Positions 1 to 10,404 of a stretch of 64,000 bases of DNA are shown here, in pieces (the stretch's first letter is position 1; every line of letters begins with the position of its first letter). The notes beneath the pieces were generated by a model, which worked only from the letters and a program-made list of their open reading frames with translations, searched no databases and was not told the origin of the DNA. A program made the translations under genes and the position numbers. The stretch comes from Minisyncoccia bacterium (lineage in GTDB: Bacteria > Patescibacteriota > Minisyncoccia > Phycocordibacterales > UBA9973). The stretch spans positions 8,232-72,231 of the forward strand of contig JBGATK010000006.1 of NCBI GenBank assembly GCA_044229265.1, in the 5' to 3' direction.

Positions 1-367
1 ATTACAACATGGCTACGATACACTAGTTGGTGAGCGCGGAGTAAAGCTATCTGGCGGTGAAAGGCAACGTGTAGCTATAGCCCGGGCTATGCTAAAAGAT
101 GCTCCGATACTAGTGCTCGACGAAGCTACAAGTTCGCTCGATAGTATAAGTGAAAGTTATATTCAAGAAGCTTTTGTAAAGCTCATGGAAGGGCGTACTA
201 CTATTGTTATTGCTCACAGGCTTTCAACTATACAAAAAATGGATAGAATTTTAGTTTTAGATAAAGGTGAAATTATAGAACAGGGAACTCATAAGGAATT
301 GCTCGAAAAAAGAGGCCAATATGCAAAACTCTGGGAATCTCAAACTGGTGGATTTTTGCAAGATTAA
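1..367 (+). CDS. ABC transporter ATP-binding protein, C-terminal fragment (5' end outside window)
   Basis: ABC signature [14 protein letters not shown], Walker [13 protein letters not shown] and H-loop AHRLST in the frame that is open from base 1. Confidence 0.85.
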   Translation, partial: LQHGYDTLVGERGVKLSGGERQRVAIARAMLKDAPILVLDEATSSLDSISESYIQEAFVKLMEGRTTIVIAHRLSTIQKMDRILVLDKGEIIEQGTHKELLEKRGQYAKLWESQTGGFLQD

Positions 368-386
368 ATAAGCTGGCAATTTTTAT

Positions 387-415
387 TTGCATTTATTATG
401 CTACCCTGGTATAAT
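387..415 (+). promoter_or_regulatory. sigma70-like promoter TTGCAT-17nt-TATAAT driving the RRM protein gene, with a long structured leader
   Basis: -35 at 387-392, 17-nt spacer, -10 at 410-415. About 150-nt 5' leader contains hairpin gggctttcggccc. Confidence 0.5.
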
Positions 416-567
416 ACTCTATGTATATCTAAGTGCGTTTTTTGGTTGTGTGTAGACATGTTCTGCATAAGAAACATTGAGCGATTAGGATTATACGCTA
501 CGGGCTTTCGGCCCTAGCATTATAATTATTTGTTTGCCTGATTTTTGAAAAACAGGAGAAAAGCAAA

Positions 568-870
568 ATGGCTACAAAGCTATATGTAGGGGGATTACCT
601 TACTCAACAAACGAAAATGCTCTACGTGAGTATTTCGCAGCTGCTGGAAATGTATCTTCAGCAACTATTATCATGGACAAAATGTCTGGTCGCTCAAAGG
701 GTTTCGGTTTCGTAGAAATGTCTACAGATGAAGAAGCTCAAAACGCAATCTCAATGTTTAACGACAAAGAGTTCGAAGGACGTAAGCTTACAGTCAATGA
801 AGCTCGCCCTATGGAAGCTCGCCCACCAAGAACTGGTGGAAGTTTCGGTGGTGGTCGCCGAGAATACTAA
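568..870 (+). CDS. RRM-type glycine-rich RNA-binding protein
   Basis: RNP1 KGFGFVEM and RNP2 LYVGGL motifs, C-terminal RGG/Gly-rich tail. Confidence 0.85.
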   Translation: MATKLYVGGLPYSTNENALREYFAAAGNVSSATIIMDKMSGRSKGFGFVEMSTDEEAQNAISMFNDKEFEGRKLTVNEARPMEARPPRTGGSFGGGRREY

Positions 871-895
871 TTTTTAAAATTAGTTTCTAAATCAA

Positions 896-929
896 AAAAT
901 CACTCTATTTATTTAGGGTGATTTTTTGT
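896..929 (+). terminator. putative intrinsic terminator after the RRM gene
   Basis: imperfect stem atcactc/gggtgat followed by a T-tract. Confidence 0.4.
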
Positions 930-1012
930 TTGCGTATTTTATGTTTTGGGTATATATTGAGAATAAATAACTAAGTAGGGTGTTCCTACAAGTAACTTGA
1001 AAAATAAAAATC

Positions 1013-2119
1013 ATGAAAAATATATTGAATTTTCAAACTTTACCAAAAAGAGAACAGGTAAGAAAATGCGCTGAAATTTTCGGAATTGAAGCAAAATACG
1101 CTCTTGATTATGTAGAAAAATTACCAAATTTCTCTACTTTTATACCTGAAGACATTAGACCATTTGTAAAATGGTGTGCAGTTCCTAATACTTCAGCCAA
1201 TTTAAATGCTTACGAAAAGTCAATTACTTGTTTAGTTAAAAAAAGATGTGATTCGGAATATGGGTATCGAATTGAAGCTATTAAACAGAATCAAGCATAC
1301 GTAGATATGTTAGATAAAATATCATCACATCAAGCAGGTGATATATTATTACTGCCAGTAATTATCATAAAACATGATAATGTTTTTCCAGAACAAATTC
1401 AAAATAATTTATTAGTAAATGAATTTCCTTTAGGTCTACAATCTGTAATTACAATTTGTGCGATAAATGACCTTAAAGATTTTAACTTTGCATGCTTGGG
1501 TGATAATTGCATGCATAATGGACAGAGATTAATTGATAATTACTTTGATTTATGTGATGGTTTCATTGATGATATAGACACTACTGCTTTCGTATATCAG
1601 AACAGGTATGATGATGTTCCAATTTACTCTCTTAATACTAAGGAAAAAACATTTGATCATTATATTCGCAAAGATCTACTTAAAAATATTTATTCAATTC
1701 ACGTTTTTTGCCCTTATGAAAATTGGGGCAGTGTAAATTCTTGTGAAATCTTAAATCGACCAACAAATTATTTTGAATTATTGGAACTTTATATTCAAAA
1801 ATTTCCTTTGAGTTCTGATAAAGTATGGTTCCATCATTTTAGTGATCTTGCAGAATGTGTATTTGGTAAAAATTTGAGATATCAAATGGATTTTGATGAT
1901 TTTGAAAATTGGTTTGAGAAAAATGTAAATTCGAGTGAAGTTCAAGCAGTATTTTTAAAGCATCAAAAGATTATGAAGAAATTGTCAAAAGAAGACAATG
2001 AGAGGAGAAAAGCAAGGAAATGGACAATAGAAAAAGAAATTGCTTTTCAAATGACAGCAATTAATCATCCAGAGAGATTAGTATTTGGGACACCGCAAGG
2101 TCTCTTTGATAATGATTAG
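1013..2119 (+). CDS. hypothetical protein (368 aa), AT-rich, no recognisable motif
   Basis: long ORF with its own terminator. No domain recognised from sequence alone. Confidence 0.55.
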   Translation: MKNILNFQTLPKREQVRKCAEIFGIEAKYALDYVEKLPNFSTFIPEDIRPFVKWCAVPNTSANLNAYEKSITCLVKKRCDSEYGYRIEAIKQNQAYVDMLDKISSHQAGDILLLPVIIIKHDNVFPEQIQNNLLVNEFPLGLQSVITICAINDLKDFNFACLGDNCMHNGQRLIDNYFDLCDGFIDDIDTTAFVYQNRYDDVPIYSLNTKEKTFDHYIRKDLLKNIYSIHVFCPYENWGSVNSCEILNRPTNYFELLELYIQKFPLSSDKVWFHHFSDLAECVFGKNLRYQMDFDDFENWFEKNVNSSEVQAVFLKHQKIMKKLSKEDNERRKARKWTIEKEIAFQMTAINHPERLVFGTPQGLFDND

Positions 2120-2138
2120 TTTATTTAATGACCCTAGA

Positions 2139-2166
2139 AGCACTGTTGTATTGCAGTGCTTTTTTA
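2139..2166 (+). terminator. intrinsic terminator
   Basis: stem agcactg/cagtgct followed by tttttt. Confidence 0.7.
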
Positions 2167-2195
2167 TTGCCTAAAATACTTATTTTTGTTATATT
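2167..2195 (+). promoter_or_regulatory. sigma70-like promoter TTGCCT-17nt-TATATT upstream of tRNA-Ile and the atp operon
   Basis: -35 at 2167-2172, 17-nt spacer, -10 at 2190-2195. Confidence 0.45.
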
Positions 2196-2232
2196 ATTTA
2201 TAAGGGCATAGCCCTATTGTTTTTATTTGAGT

Positions 2233-2296
2233 GCCCGCCCGAACGTACCCCGCCAGAATGACATTCATGTCGGGCTGGCGTTCGGTACGGGCGGGT
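2233..2296. repeat. GC-rich (about 60% GC) 64-nt quasi-palindromic element in the tRNA/atp leader
   Basis: outer arms cccgccc/gggcggg, inner arms cgaacg/cgttcg, ccag/ctgg and gacat/atgtc. Both strands read almost the same. Confidence 0.5.
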
Positions 2297-2326
2297 GTAG
2301 TTCAGTGGAATTTTAATTTAATAAAT

Positions 2327-2398
2327 GAGCGTGTAGTTCAGTGGTAGAACGCTGTCCTGATAAGACAGAGGTCGATGGTCCGATTCCATCCACGCTCA
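2327..2398 (+). tRNA. tRNA-Ile (anticodon GAU)
   Basis: hand-folded cloverleaf: acceptor GAGCGTG/CACGCTC, D-stem GTTC/GAAC, anticodon loop CTGATAA, T-stem GATGG/CCATC. The T-loop reads TCCGATT (C at position 55 is non-canonical). No encoded CCA. Confidence 0.8.
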
Positions 2399-2399
2399 C

Positions 2400-2681
2400 A
2401 TGGATTTAAATAAAGAAAATCCGAATACAAATATATATAAACCAGTGCTTATTTTTTACGGCAAAGCTACTGGTTGGATTTGTGGATCAGCAATTATTGC
2501 AGTTTTTATCGGAAAATATTTAGACAAGATTGCGGGTAAAAATTTTTATACTATTATTTGTATAATTTTAGGTTTTATTTTATCGATATACGGTATTTAC
2601 AGAGAGATAAATATATATAAAAAGAATTTGGAAAAACAGGAAAATTTAAAACAAGAAAAGATTCAAAATGTCAATAAATAA
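2400..2681 (+). CDS. small membrane protein, AtpZ/AtpI-like ATP synthase protein I
   Basis: two predicted TM helices, sits immediately upstream of atpB. Confidence 0.5.
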   Translation: MDLNKENPNTNIYKPVLIFYGKATGWICGSAIIAVFIGKYLDKIAGKNFYTIICIILGFILSIYGIYREINIYKKNLEKQENLKQEKIQNVNK

Positions 2682-3588
2682 TTTAGAAAATATAAACGAG
2701 GAGCATGTAGAAGAAACAAGTCATGAGATCACGATATATGCTGAGCCGATTTTTCATATAGGTAAATTTGAGATCACAAATTCACTCTTAACTAGCTGGC
2801 TAGCTGTATTGGTGATATTGTTTTTTGGACTTGCTATAAGGTTAAAATTAAAAAAAGTTCCTGGTGCACTTCAAAATATTTTTGAAGTTATATTGCTCGG
2901 GGCTATGTCTCTAGTTGATCAAGTGACCAATAATAGAAAAATCACTGAGAAGATTTTTCCATTTGTATTTTGTTTATTTTTCTTTATTTTAATAAATAAT
3001 TGGATAGGCCTTTTGCCTTTTGTGCCGGCACTTGGTTTTTATGAAGTCCACGAAGGGGCAAAGACTTTTGTGCCACTTTTTAGAGCTGGTACAGCGGACC
3101 TCAATTTTACTCTGGCCTTCGCTATCCTTATGGTTATCGGCTCTAATGTGTTCGGTGTAGTTATTTTGGGCTTCTGGAAACTTATAAACAAATATGTTAA
3201 TATGAAGGCACTCGGAAGTATAATAACAGAGATAAAAAACGATAAATCAGTTTTGATTGTCGCGCCTATCAAAATCTTCGTAGGTTTCCTTGAGCTTATA
3301 GGAGAGATGGCAAAAATAGCTTCTCTTTCTTTCCGTTTATTCGGCAATGTTTTTGCCGGAGAAGTATTGCTTGCTTCTATGGCAACAATATTTATGTATG
3401 TTCTACCTGGACCATTTCTTTTCCTTGAAGTTTTCGTGGGACTGATCCAAGCATTGATTTTTTCTTTGCTGACGACAGTTTACTTTACTATAGCTTCCGA
3501 AGATCATGACAGTCATGACGAGGGGCATACAGAAAGTATGGATTTTGAAAATCACGGAAATGAGAAAAAAGATTTGGCACATGTTTAA
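2668..3588 (+). CDS. atpB: F0F1 ATP synthase subunit a
   Basis: conserved LSFRLFGNVFAGEVLL motif with the essential Arg, multiple TM helices. Confidence 0.9.
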   Translation: MSINNLENINEEHVEETSHEITIYAEPIFHIGKFEITNSLLTSWLAVLVILFFGLAIRLKLKKVPGALQNIFEVILLGAMSLVDQVTNNRKITEKIFPFVFCLFFFILINNWIGLLPFVPALGFYEVHEGAKTFVPLFRAGTADLNFTLAFAILMVIGSNVFGVVILGFWKLINKYVNMKALGSIITEIKNDKSVLIVAPIKIFVGFLELIGEMAKIASLSFRLFGNVFAGEVLLASMATIFMYVLPGPFLFLEVFVGLIQALIFSLLTTVYFTIASEDHDSHDEGHTESMDFENHGNEKKDLAHV

Positions 3589-3599
3589 TTTGTCAAAAA

Positions 3600-3622
3600 T
3601 CTCGATAGTCGTTGAATCGAGA
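3600..3622 (+). other. intergenic stem-loop between atpB and atpE
   Basis: tctcgat/atcgaga 7-bp stem, no T-tract. Possible mRNA processing or stability element. Confidence 0.3.
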
Positions 3623-3661
3623 ATATTAAAAGTTTATTAATTAATTTATCCTCTTTAGTAA

Positions 3662-3919
<258 letters not shown>

Positions 3920-3933
3920 TAAAAAAATAAAAT

Positions 3934-4383
3934 ATGGAAGATTTTATAAATACATTTCATGTAGATTGGAAGATAATGCTTGCCCAAATACTAAACTTTG
4001 GTTTAGTATTTTTGGCGCTTTATGCTTTGGCAGCAAAACCTCTTCGCAAGGTTATCAAAGAACGTGGAGAAGAAATAAGTAGAGGTTTAGAAGATGCAAA
4101 AACAAATGCAGAAACTCTAAAAGCTACTAAGGAAGAATATGAAAAAGCTTTGGCTAAAGCACGAATGGAAGCAAATGCATTATTTGAAGCTGGCAAAAAA
4201 GAAGCAAATGAACAAAGAGAAAAGCTGATTTCTGGCGCTCACGCTGAAGTCGCCCAAATGATAGAGAATGGCAAGAAAACTCTCGAAGCAGAGAAAATAA
4301 AAATGGTAAATGATGCCAAGAATGAAGTAGCAAGTCTAATCATTTCTGCTACAGAAAAAATTCTACAAGAAAAGAATAAATAA
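3934..4383 (+). CDS. atpF: F0F1 ATP synthase subunit b
   Basis: N-terminal TM helix then a long charged coiled-coil, operon position. Confidence 0.85.
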   Translation: MEDFINTFHVDWKIMLAQILNFGLVFLALYALAAKPLRKVIKERGEEISRGLEDAKTNAETLKATKEEYEKALAKARMEANALFEAGKKEANEQREKLISGAHAEVAQMIENGKKTLEAEKIKMVNDAKNEVASLIISATEKILQEKNK

Positions 4384-4397
4384 AAATATAAATTAAT

Positions 4398-4802
4398 ATG
4401 TCCAAAATTTCCCCGAAAAATTTAGCGCAAAGTATTTTTGAAGCAAGCCACGGTAAGGCTGGTGCAGAGCTATCGCAAGTGCTCAAAAATTCTGCCAAGA
4501 TGCTCGCGGATAAGAGACTCCTCGGGAAATCAAAAGATATATTAAAAAATTTACAAGAAATTATAGACAAGAGTGAGGGCACAGTCAGGATGAAAGTAAT
4601 AAGTGCAAAAATTTTGTCACCAGAAGAGAAAAAAAAGCTAGAGCACGAAGTCAAAGAAAAATATAAAGCCAAAAATATAGTCAGTGAATTTTTTGAAAAA
4701 AAAGAAGTGTTGGGCGGGATGCGGGTCGAAGTCGGAGATGAAGTTCTAGACAGTACATGGAGAACAGGACTCAAGAAATTAGAAAAAGTTTTAATAAAGT
4801 AG
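4398..4802 (+). CDS. atpH: F0F1 ATP synthase subunit delta (short, 134 aa)
   Basis: operon position between atpF and atpA. Shorter than the usual 175-180 aa. Confidence 0.75.
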   Translation: MSKISPKNLAQSIFEASHGKAGAELSQVLKNSAKMLADKRLLGKSKDILKNLQEIIDKSEGTVRMKVISAKILSPEEKKKLEHEVKEKYKAKNIVSEFFEKKEVLGGMRVEVGDEVLDSTWRTGLKKLEKVLIK

Positions 4803-4808
4803 AAAATT

Positions 4809-6308
4809 ATGACAAATAATATTGTAGAAAATTTAAGAAAAGAAATAGAAGGCTTTAAGAATGATGTTCACACAGAGAAGGTGGGCAAGGTTATTGAAGT
4901 TTTCGACGGTATTGCCAAAGTCTCTGGACTCTCTCAAATAAAGTCTTCAGAAATGGTCACATTTGCGGGAGGCGAATCAGGCGTTGCCTTAAACCTCGAA
5001 GAAGATGCGGTGGGTGTGATAATTCTTGGCGACTTTTCCAAAATCAAAGAAGGGGATGAAGTCAAAGCTACTGGCCGTATCCTTGAAATCCCAGTCTCAG
5101 CTAGCCTCCTTGGCCGTGTGGTAAACCCTCTAGGTATACCAGTTGATGGTAAGGGTTCCCTTAAAGCTGAGAAATCATACCCGATAGAGCGAGTAGCTTC
5201 TGGCGTAATGAGTCGCCAATCTGTAGACCAGCCGGTGCAAACTGGTATTAAATCTATTGATGCTCTTATACCTATCGGCCGTGGCCAGCGTGAGCTCATC
5301 ATCGGCGACCGTCAAACAGGTAAGACAGCTATCGCTATTGACGCTATTTTAAATCAAAAAGGGCAGAACATGATCTGCGTGTATGTCTCCATTGGACAAA
5401 AAGATTCCAAGCTCCGTAAACTCCAAACTCGCCTCGAGGAAGGTGGTGCTATGGAATACACAGTTATAGTCTCTGCATCTGCATCCGACTCTGCACCACT
5501 TTCATATATCGCTCCATACTCTGGCGTCTCTATTGCAGAATTTTTTATGGACCAAGGTAAAGATGTTTTAATAATTTATGATGACCTCTCAAAGCACGCT
5601 GTCGCTTACCGCGAAATCTCACTTCTACTTCGCCGTCCACCAGGCCGTGAAGCGTACCCTGGTGATGTGTTTTATTTACACTCTCGTCTACTCGAGCGTG
5701 CTTGTAGGAAGAATGAAAAATATGGCGGAGGAAGTATCACTGCACTCCCTATCATCGAGACTCAAGCTGGCGACATCTCTGCCTACATTCCGACCAACGT
5801 TATTTCTATCACCGACGGACAAATCTTCCTTGAAACTGACCTCTTTTACAAAGGCGTGCGCCCAGCGGTAAACGTAGGCTTCTCTGTGTCTCGTGTGGGA
5901 GGTTCAGCACAAATCAAAGCTATGAAAAAAGTTGCGGGTACTTTGAAGCTAGACCTCGCTCAATACCGCGAACTCGAAGCTTTCTCACAATTCGGCTCTG
6001 ACCTCGACGAGGCAACAAAGCGCCAGCTCGAGCGTGGCAAGCGCGCCGTAGAGCTCTTGAAACAACCTCAATATTCTCCAGTAGCTGTAGAGCATCAAAT
6101 AATTTCTCTTTATGCTTTAACAAAAGGCTATATGGACGAGGTGCCAGTAGAGCGTATTGGTGAATTTGAAAAGGGGCTGACAGACTACGCAGAGCGCAAT
6201 GCCAAGAAATTCCTATCTCAAGTGCGCGAAAAGAAAATGTGGGAAGATAGTGGCGAAGAGGAACTTAAAAAAGCAATCACAGACTTTAAAACAAGTTTTG
6301 TAAAATAA
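4809..6308 (+). CDS. atpA: F0F1 ATP synthase subunit alpha
   Basis: P-loop GDRQTGKT, 499 aa. Confidence 0.95.
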   Translation: MTNNIVENLRKEIEGFKNDVHTEKVGKVIEVFDGIAKVSGLSQIKSSEMVTFAGGESGVALNLEEDAVGVIILGDFSKIKEGDEVKATGRILEIPVSASLLGRVVNPLGIPVDGKGSLKAEKSYPIERVASGVMSRQSVDQPVQTGIKSIDALIPIGRGQRELIIGDRQTGKTAIAIDAILNQKGQNMICVYVSIGQKDSKLRKLQTRLEEGGAMEYTVIVSASASDSAPLSYIAPYSGVSIAEFFMDQGKDVLIIYDDLSKHAVAYREISLLLRRPPGREAYPGDVFYLHSRLLERACRKNEKYGGGSITALPIIETQAGDISAYIPTNVISITDGQIFLETDLFYKGVRPAVNVGFSVSRVGGSAQIKAMKKVAGTLKLDLAQYRELEAFSQFGSDLDEATKRQLERGKRAVELLKQPQYSPVAVEHQIISLYALTKGYMDEVPVERIGEFEKGLTDYAERNAKKFLSQVREKKMWEDSGEEELKKAITDFKTSFVK

Positions 6309-6314
6309 TTTTAA

Positions 6315-7229
6315 ATGGCAAATAGTAAAGAAATTAAAAACCGAATAAAGAGTGTGAAGAATACCAAGAAAATCACAAAAGCGATGGAGCTCGTAGCTGC
6401 CAGCAAAATGAAGCGCGCAGTTTCTTCGACTTTGGCTTCTAGACTGTATGCCGAATATTCTTGGGAAGTGCTCACTTCTATTGCAAATAGCGGGGGAGAA
6501 ATTTCGCACCCACTTTTTGACGCTCGTAAGGAAACTAAAAATATTTTATTAGTACTCATCACTTCAAACCGTGGCCTCTGCGGAGCCTATAATGCGCAGG
6601 TCATAAAGAAAGCATTAGTATATTTAAAAAATGAAAATAATAAAGTAGATATTTTAACTATAGGCAAAAAAGGGGACGGAGCGATGCGAAGAATTGGGAG
6701 GAATGTCATCGCGAGCTTCACTGAGCTAGGAGACCACATCACTCTGCGCGACATTATGCCTATTTCTAAATTGATGATAGATGAATATACTAAAGGCACT
6801 TATGACAAAGTAGTCGTGGCTTACACAGACTTCGTTTCTGCTCTTACCCAAAAGCCAAATATTAAGCAAGTTCTTCCGGTTTCTAAAAATGATTTGAAAG
6901 AAATGCTCGACTCTGTTGGCGATTCTTCCCCTCGCCTTTCAGGAGAGGGGTCAGGGGTGAGGTTAAGTGGAGTAAATTACCTCTTTGAAGGCAATATGCA
7001 GATATTGCTCGGAAGCTTGGCAGAAAAGTTGACTCGCATGCAGATTTATCAGATGATGCTAGAGAGCAATGCCAGTGAGCAATCAAGTAGAATGGTGGCG
7101 ATGAAGAATGCTAGTGAAGCCTCTGGTGAAATGATTTCCGACCTGACATTAGTATTTAACAAAGCCCGCCAAGCCTCCATTACGCAAGAAATTTCAGAAA
7201 TAAGTGCAGGTATGGTTTCAGTAAGTTAA
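6315..7229 (+). CDS. atpG: F0F1 ATP synthase subunit gamma
   Basis: N-terminal IKxRIxSVxNTxKITKAMELVAASK. Contains the GC-rich in-frame insert described in findings. Confidence 0.9.
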   Translation: MANSKEIKNRIKSVKNTKKITKAMELVAASKMKRAVSSTLASRLYAEYSWEVLTSIANSGGEISHPLFDARKETKNILLVLITSNRGLCGAYNAQVIKKALVYLKNENNKVDILTIGKKGDGAMRRIGRNVIASFTELGDHITLRDIMPISKLMIDEYTKGTYDKVVVAYTDFVSALTQKPNIKQVLPVSKNDLKEMLDSVGDSSPRLSGEGSGVRLSGVNYLFEGNMQILLGSLAEKLTRMQIYQMMLESNASEQSSRMVAMKNASEASGEMISDLTLVFNKARQASITQEISEISAGMVSVS

Positions 7230-8654
<1,425 letters not shown>

Positions 8655-8660
8655 AAATTT

Positions 8661-9107
8661 ATGTCTAAACAGTTTAAATTGAAAATCATAACACCAGAGA
8701 AATTGATCCTAGAAGATATGGTAGATCAAGTCACTTTACCTACAATGGAAGGCGAGATAACTATTTTGGCGGATCATATTCCGATAATCGCAGCTCTGAA
8801 ATCCGGTGATATCGTGGCTAGTGCTTTTGGTGAATATATTCCTATGGCTGTGTCTGGCGGATTTGTGGAAGTTAAAATTGGCGAAAATAATATGACGGAA
8901 GTCGCGGTGCTCGCAGACTTTGCTGAGCATGTGGCAGATATGACAGATGAAAAAATAGCACAAGCAAAAGCCAAGGCCGAAGAATTAAAGAAACAAATGG
9001 AAAACAAAGACCATGTGGACTTTGAGCATTTCGAATCCGAACTCGAACGCTCCCTCACCAGAGTTAAGATAGCGGATAAGTGGAAAACTAAAAAATACAG
9101 AAGATAA
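8661..9107 (+). CDS. atpC: F0F1 ATP synthase subunit epsilon with a charged C-terminal extension
   Basis: beta-sandwich N-domain motifs, operon position, 148 aa. Confidence 0.85.
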   Translation: MSKQFKLKIITPEKLILEDMVDQVTLPTMEGEITILADHIPIIAALKSGDIVASAFGEYIPMAVSGGFVEVKIGENNMTEVAVLADFAEHVADMTDEKIAQAKAKAEELKKQMENKDHVDFEHFESELERSLTRVKIADKWKTKKYRR

Positions 9108-9128
9108 AATTTCTGGTATAATTATTTT

Positions 9129-9563
9129 ATGGAAAATTTAATTATTTCTAAATTTAGAAAATGGTCTCTACCTTTTTCACGTTTCGCTATATTTTTAATA
9201 TATTTTTGGTTTGGTATTTTGAAAGTTTTAGGTTACAGCCCTGCAAACCCACTAGTAGATGCATTATTACAACAAACAATGCCGTGGATGACGTTTGCTA
9301 CTTTTATATTATTCTTCGGATGGTTTGAAGTTTTGATAGGTATTTTGTTTTTATTTCCGCGTTTTACAAGAATCTCTGTAGTATTAATTACACTTCATTT
9401 AATAACTACAATTATGCCACTTTTTTTGTTAACAGAATCTTCTTGGCAATCATTTCTAATTCCTACTCTGGAAGGGCAATACATAATTAAAAATGTTTTG
9501 ATTATTTCTGCTGTTATGGGCATTTTTGCTCATACGCATATTCTTAAAAAATATAATAAATAA
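9129..9563 (+). CDS. DoxX-like integral membrane protein
   Basis: four predicted TM helices, no catalytic motif. Confidence 0.5.
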   Translation: MENLIISKFRKWSLPFSRFAIFLIYFWFGILKVLGYSPANPLVDALLQQTMPWMTFATFILFFGWFEVLIGILFLFPRFTRISVVLITLHLITTIMPLFLLTESSWQSFLIPTLEGQYIIKNVLIISAVMGIFAHTHILKKYNK

Positions 9564-9672
9564 TCAAGTGTTATTATTTTTTCTATGCTAGTATATTTTT
9601 ATGAGTAAACCCACACACTTATTTTAAAATGATATTTACAAATGATTATTAATATAATAAAAAAATAAGTGT

Positions 9673-10404
9673 ATGGGTAAATTTTTTGTAATTGCGACCC
9701 CGATAGGAAATATGGGTGACATAACATATAGGGCAATAGAGACGCTAAAAATAGTGGATTTGATACTATGTGAAGATACACGCGAAACTGGAAAACTTTT
9801 GCATAAATATGATATTAAAAAGCCGACTATGTCATACCATGCACAGAGCAAACTCGCAAAGACAGATAAGATTTTTGCATTACTTGAGGAAGGGAAAGAT
9901 CTCGCCCTTGTTTCCGACGCTGGCACTCCTGGAATATCAGACCCAGGAGCAATGCTTGTCTCTCAGATCAAAGAGAGATATAACCTCACCCCTAACCACT
10001 CTCCTGACAGGAGAGGGGTCGAGACGCAGTCCGGGGGCGAGGTGATTGTGCAAGTTATTCCAATCCCTGGTGCTTCAGCTGTTATTACTGCGCTCTCTGC
10101 ATCAGGATTGCCGACTCATGAATTTACATTTCTTGGATTTTTACCACACAAAAAGGGCAGAGAAACATTGTTTAAAGAAATAGCCGAGGCAAAGAGAACA
10201 ATGGTATTTTACGAATCACCACATAGAATTTTAAAAACTCTAGAATCATTAAATAAATTTTGCCCAGGAAAAAAAGTCTGCATAGCTCGTGAAATTACTA
10301 AAATCTATGAAGAATTTAAAATTGGTTCTGCTAACGAGCTATTAGAATATCTAACAAAAAATCCAGTAAAACAAAAAGGGGAATTCACTGTAATCGTTTC
10401 TTAA
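9673..10404 (+). CDS. rsmI: 16S rRNA (cytidine1402-2'-O)-methyltransferase
   Basis: tetrapyrrole-methylase fold motifs IATPIGNxGDIT, LCEDTRxT, VSDAGTPGISDPG, IPGASA. About 20-aa GC-rich insert (see findings). Confidence 0.85.
   Translation: MGKFFVIATPIGNMGDITYRAIETLKIVDLILCEDTRETGKLLHKYDIKKPTMSYHAQSKLAKTDKIFALLEEGKDLALVSDAGTPGISDPGAMLVSQIKERYNLTPNHSPDRRGVETQSGGEVIVQVIPIPGASAVITALSASGLPTHEFTFLGFLPHKKGRETLFKEIAEAKRTMVFYESPHRILKTLESLNKFCPGKKVCIAREITKIYEEFKIGSANELLEYLTKNPVKQKGEFTVIVS

Noticed and set aside
2327-2398. Possibility that tRNA-Ile is a pseudogene because of the TCCGATT T-loop (C55)
   Set aside because: All stems pair perfectly and the anticodon loop is canonical, so it is kept as a functional tRNA with a note.
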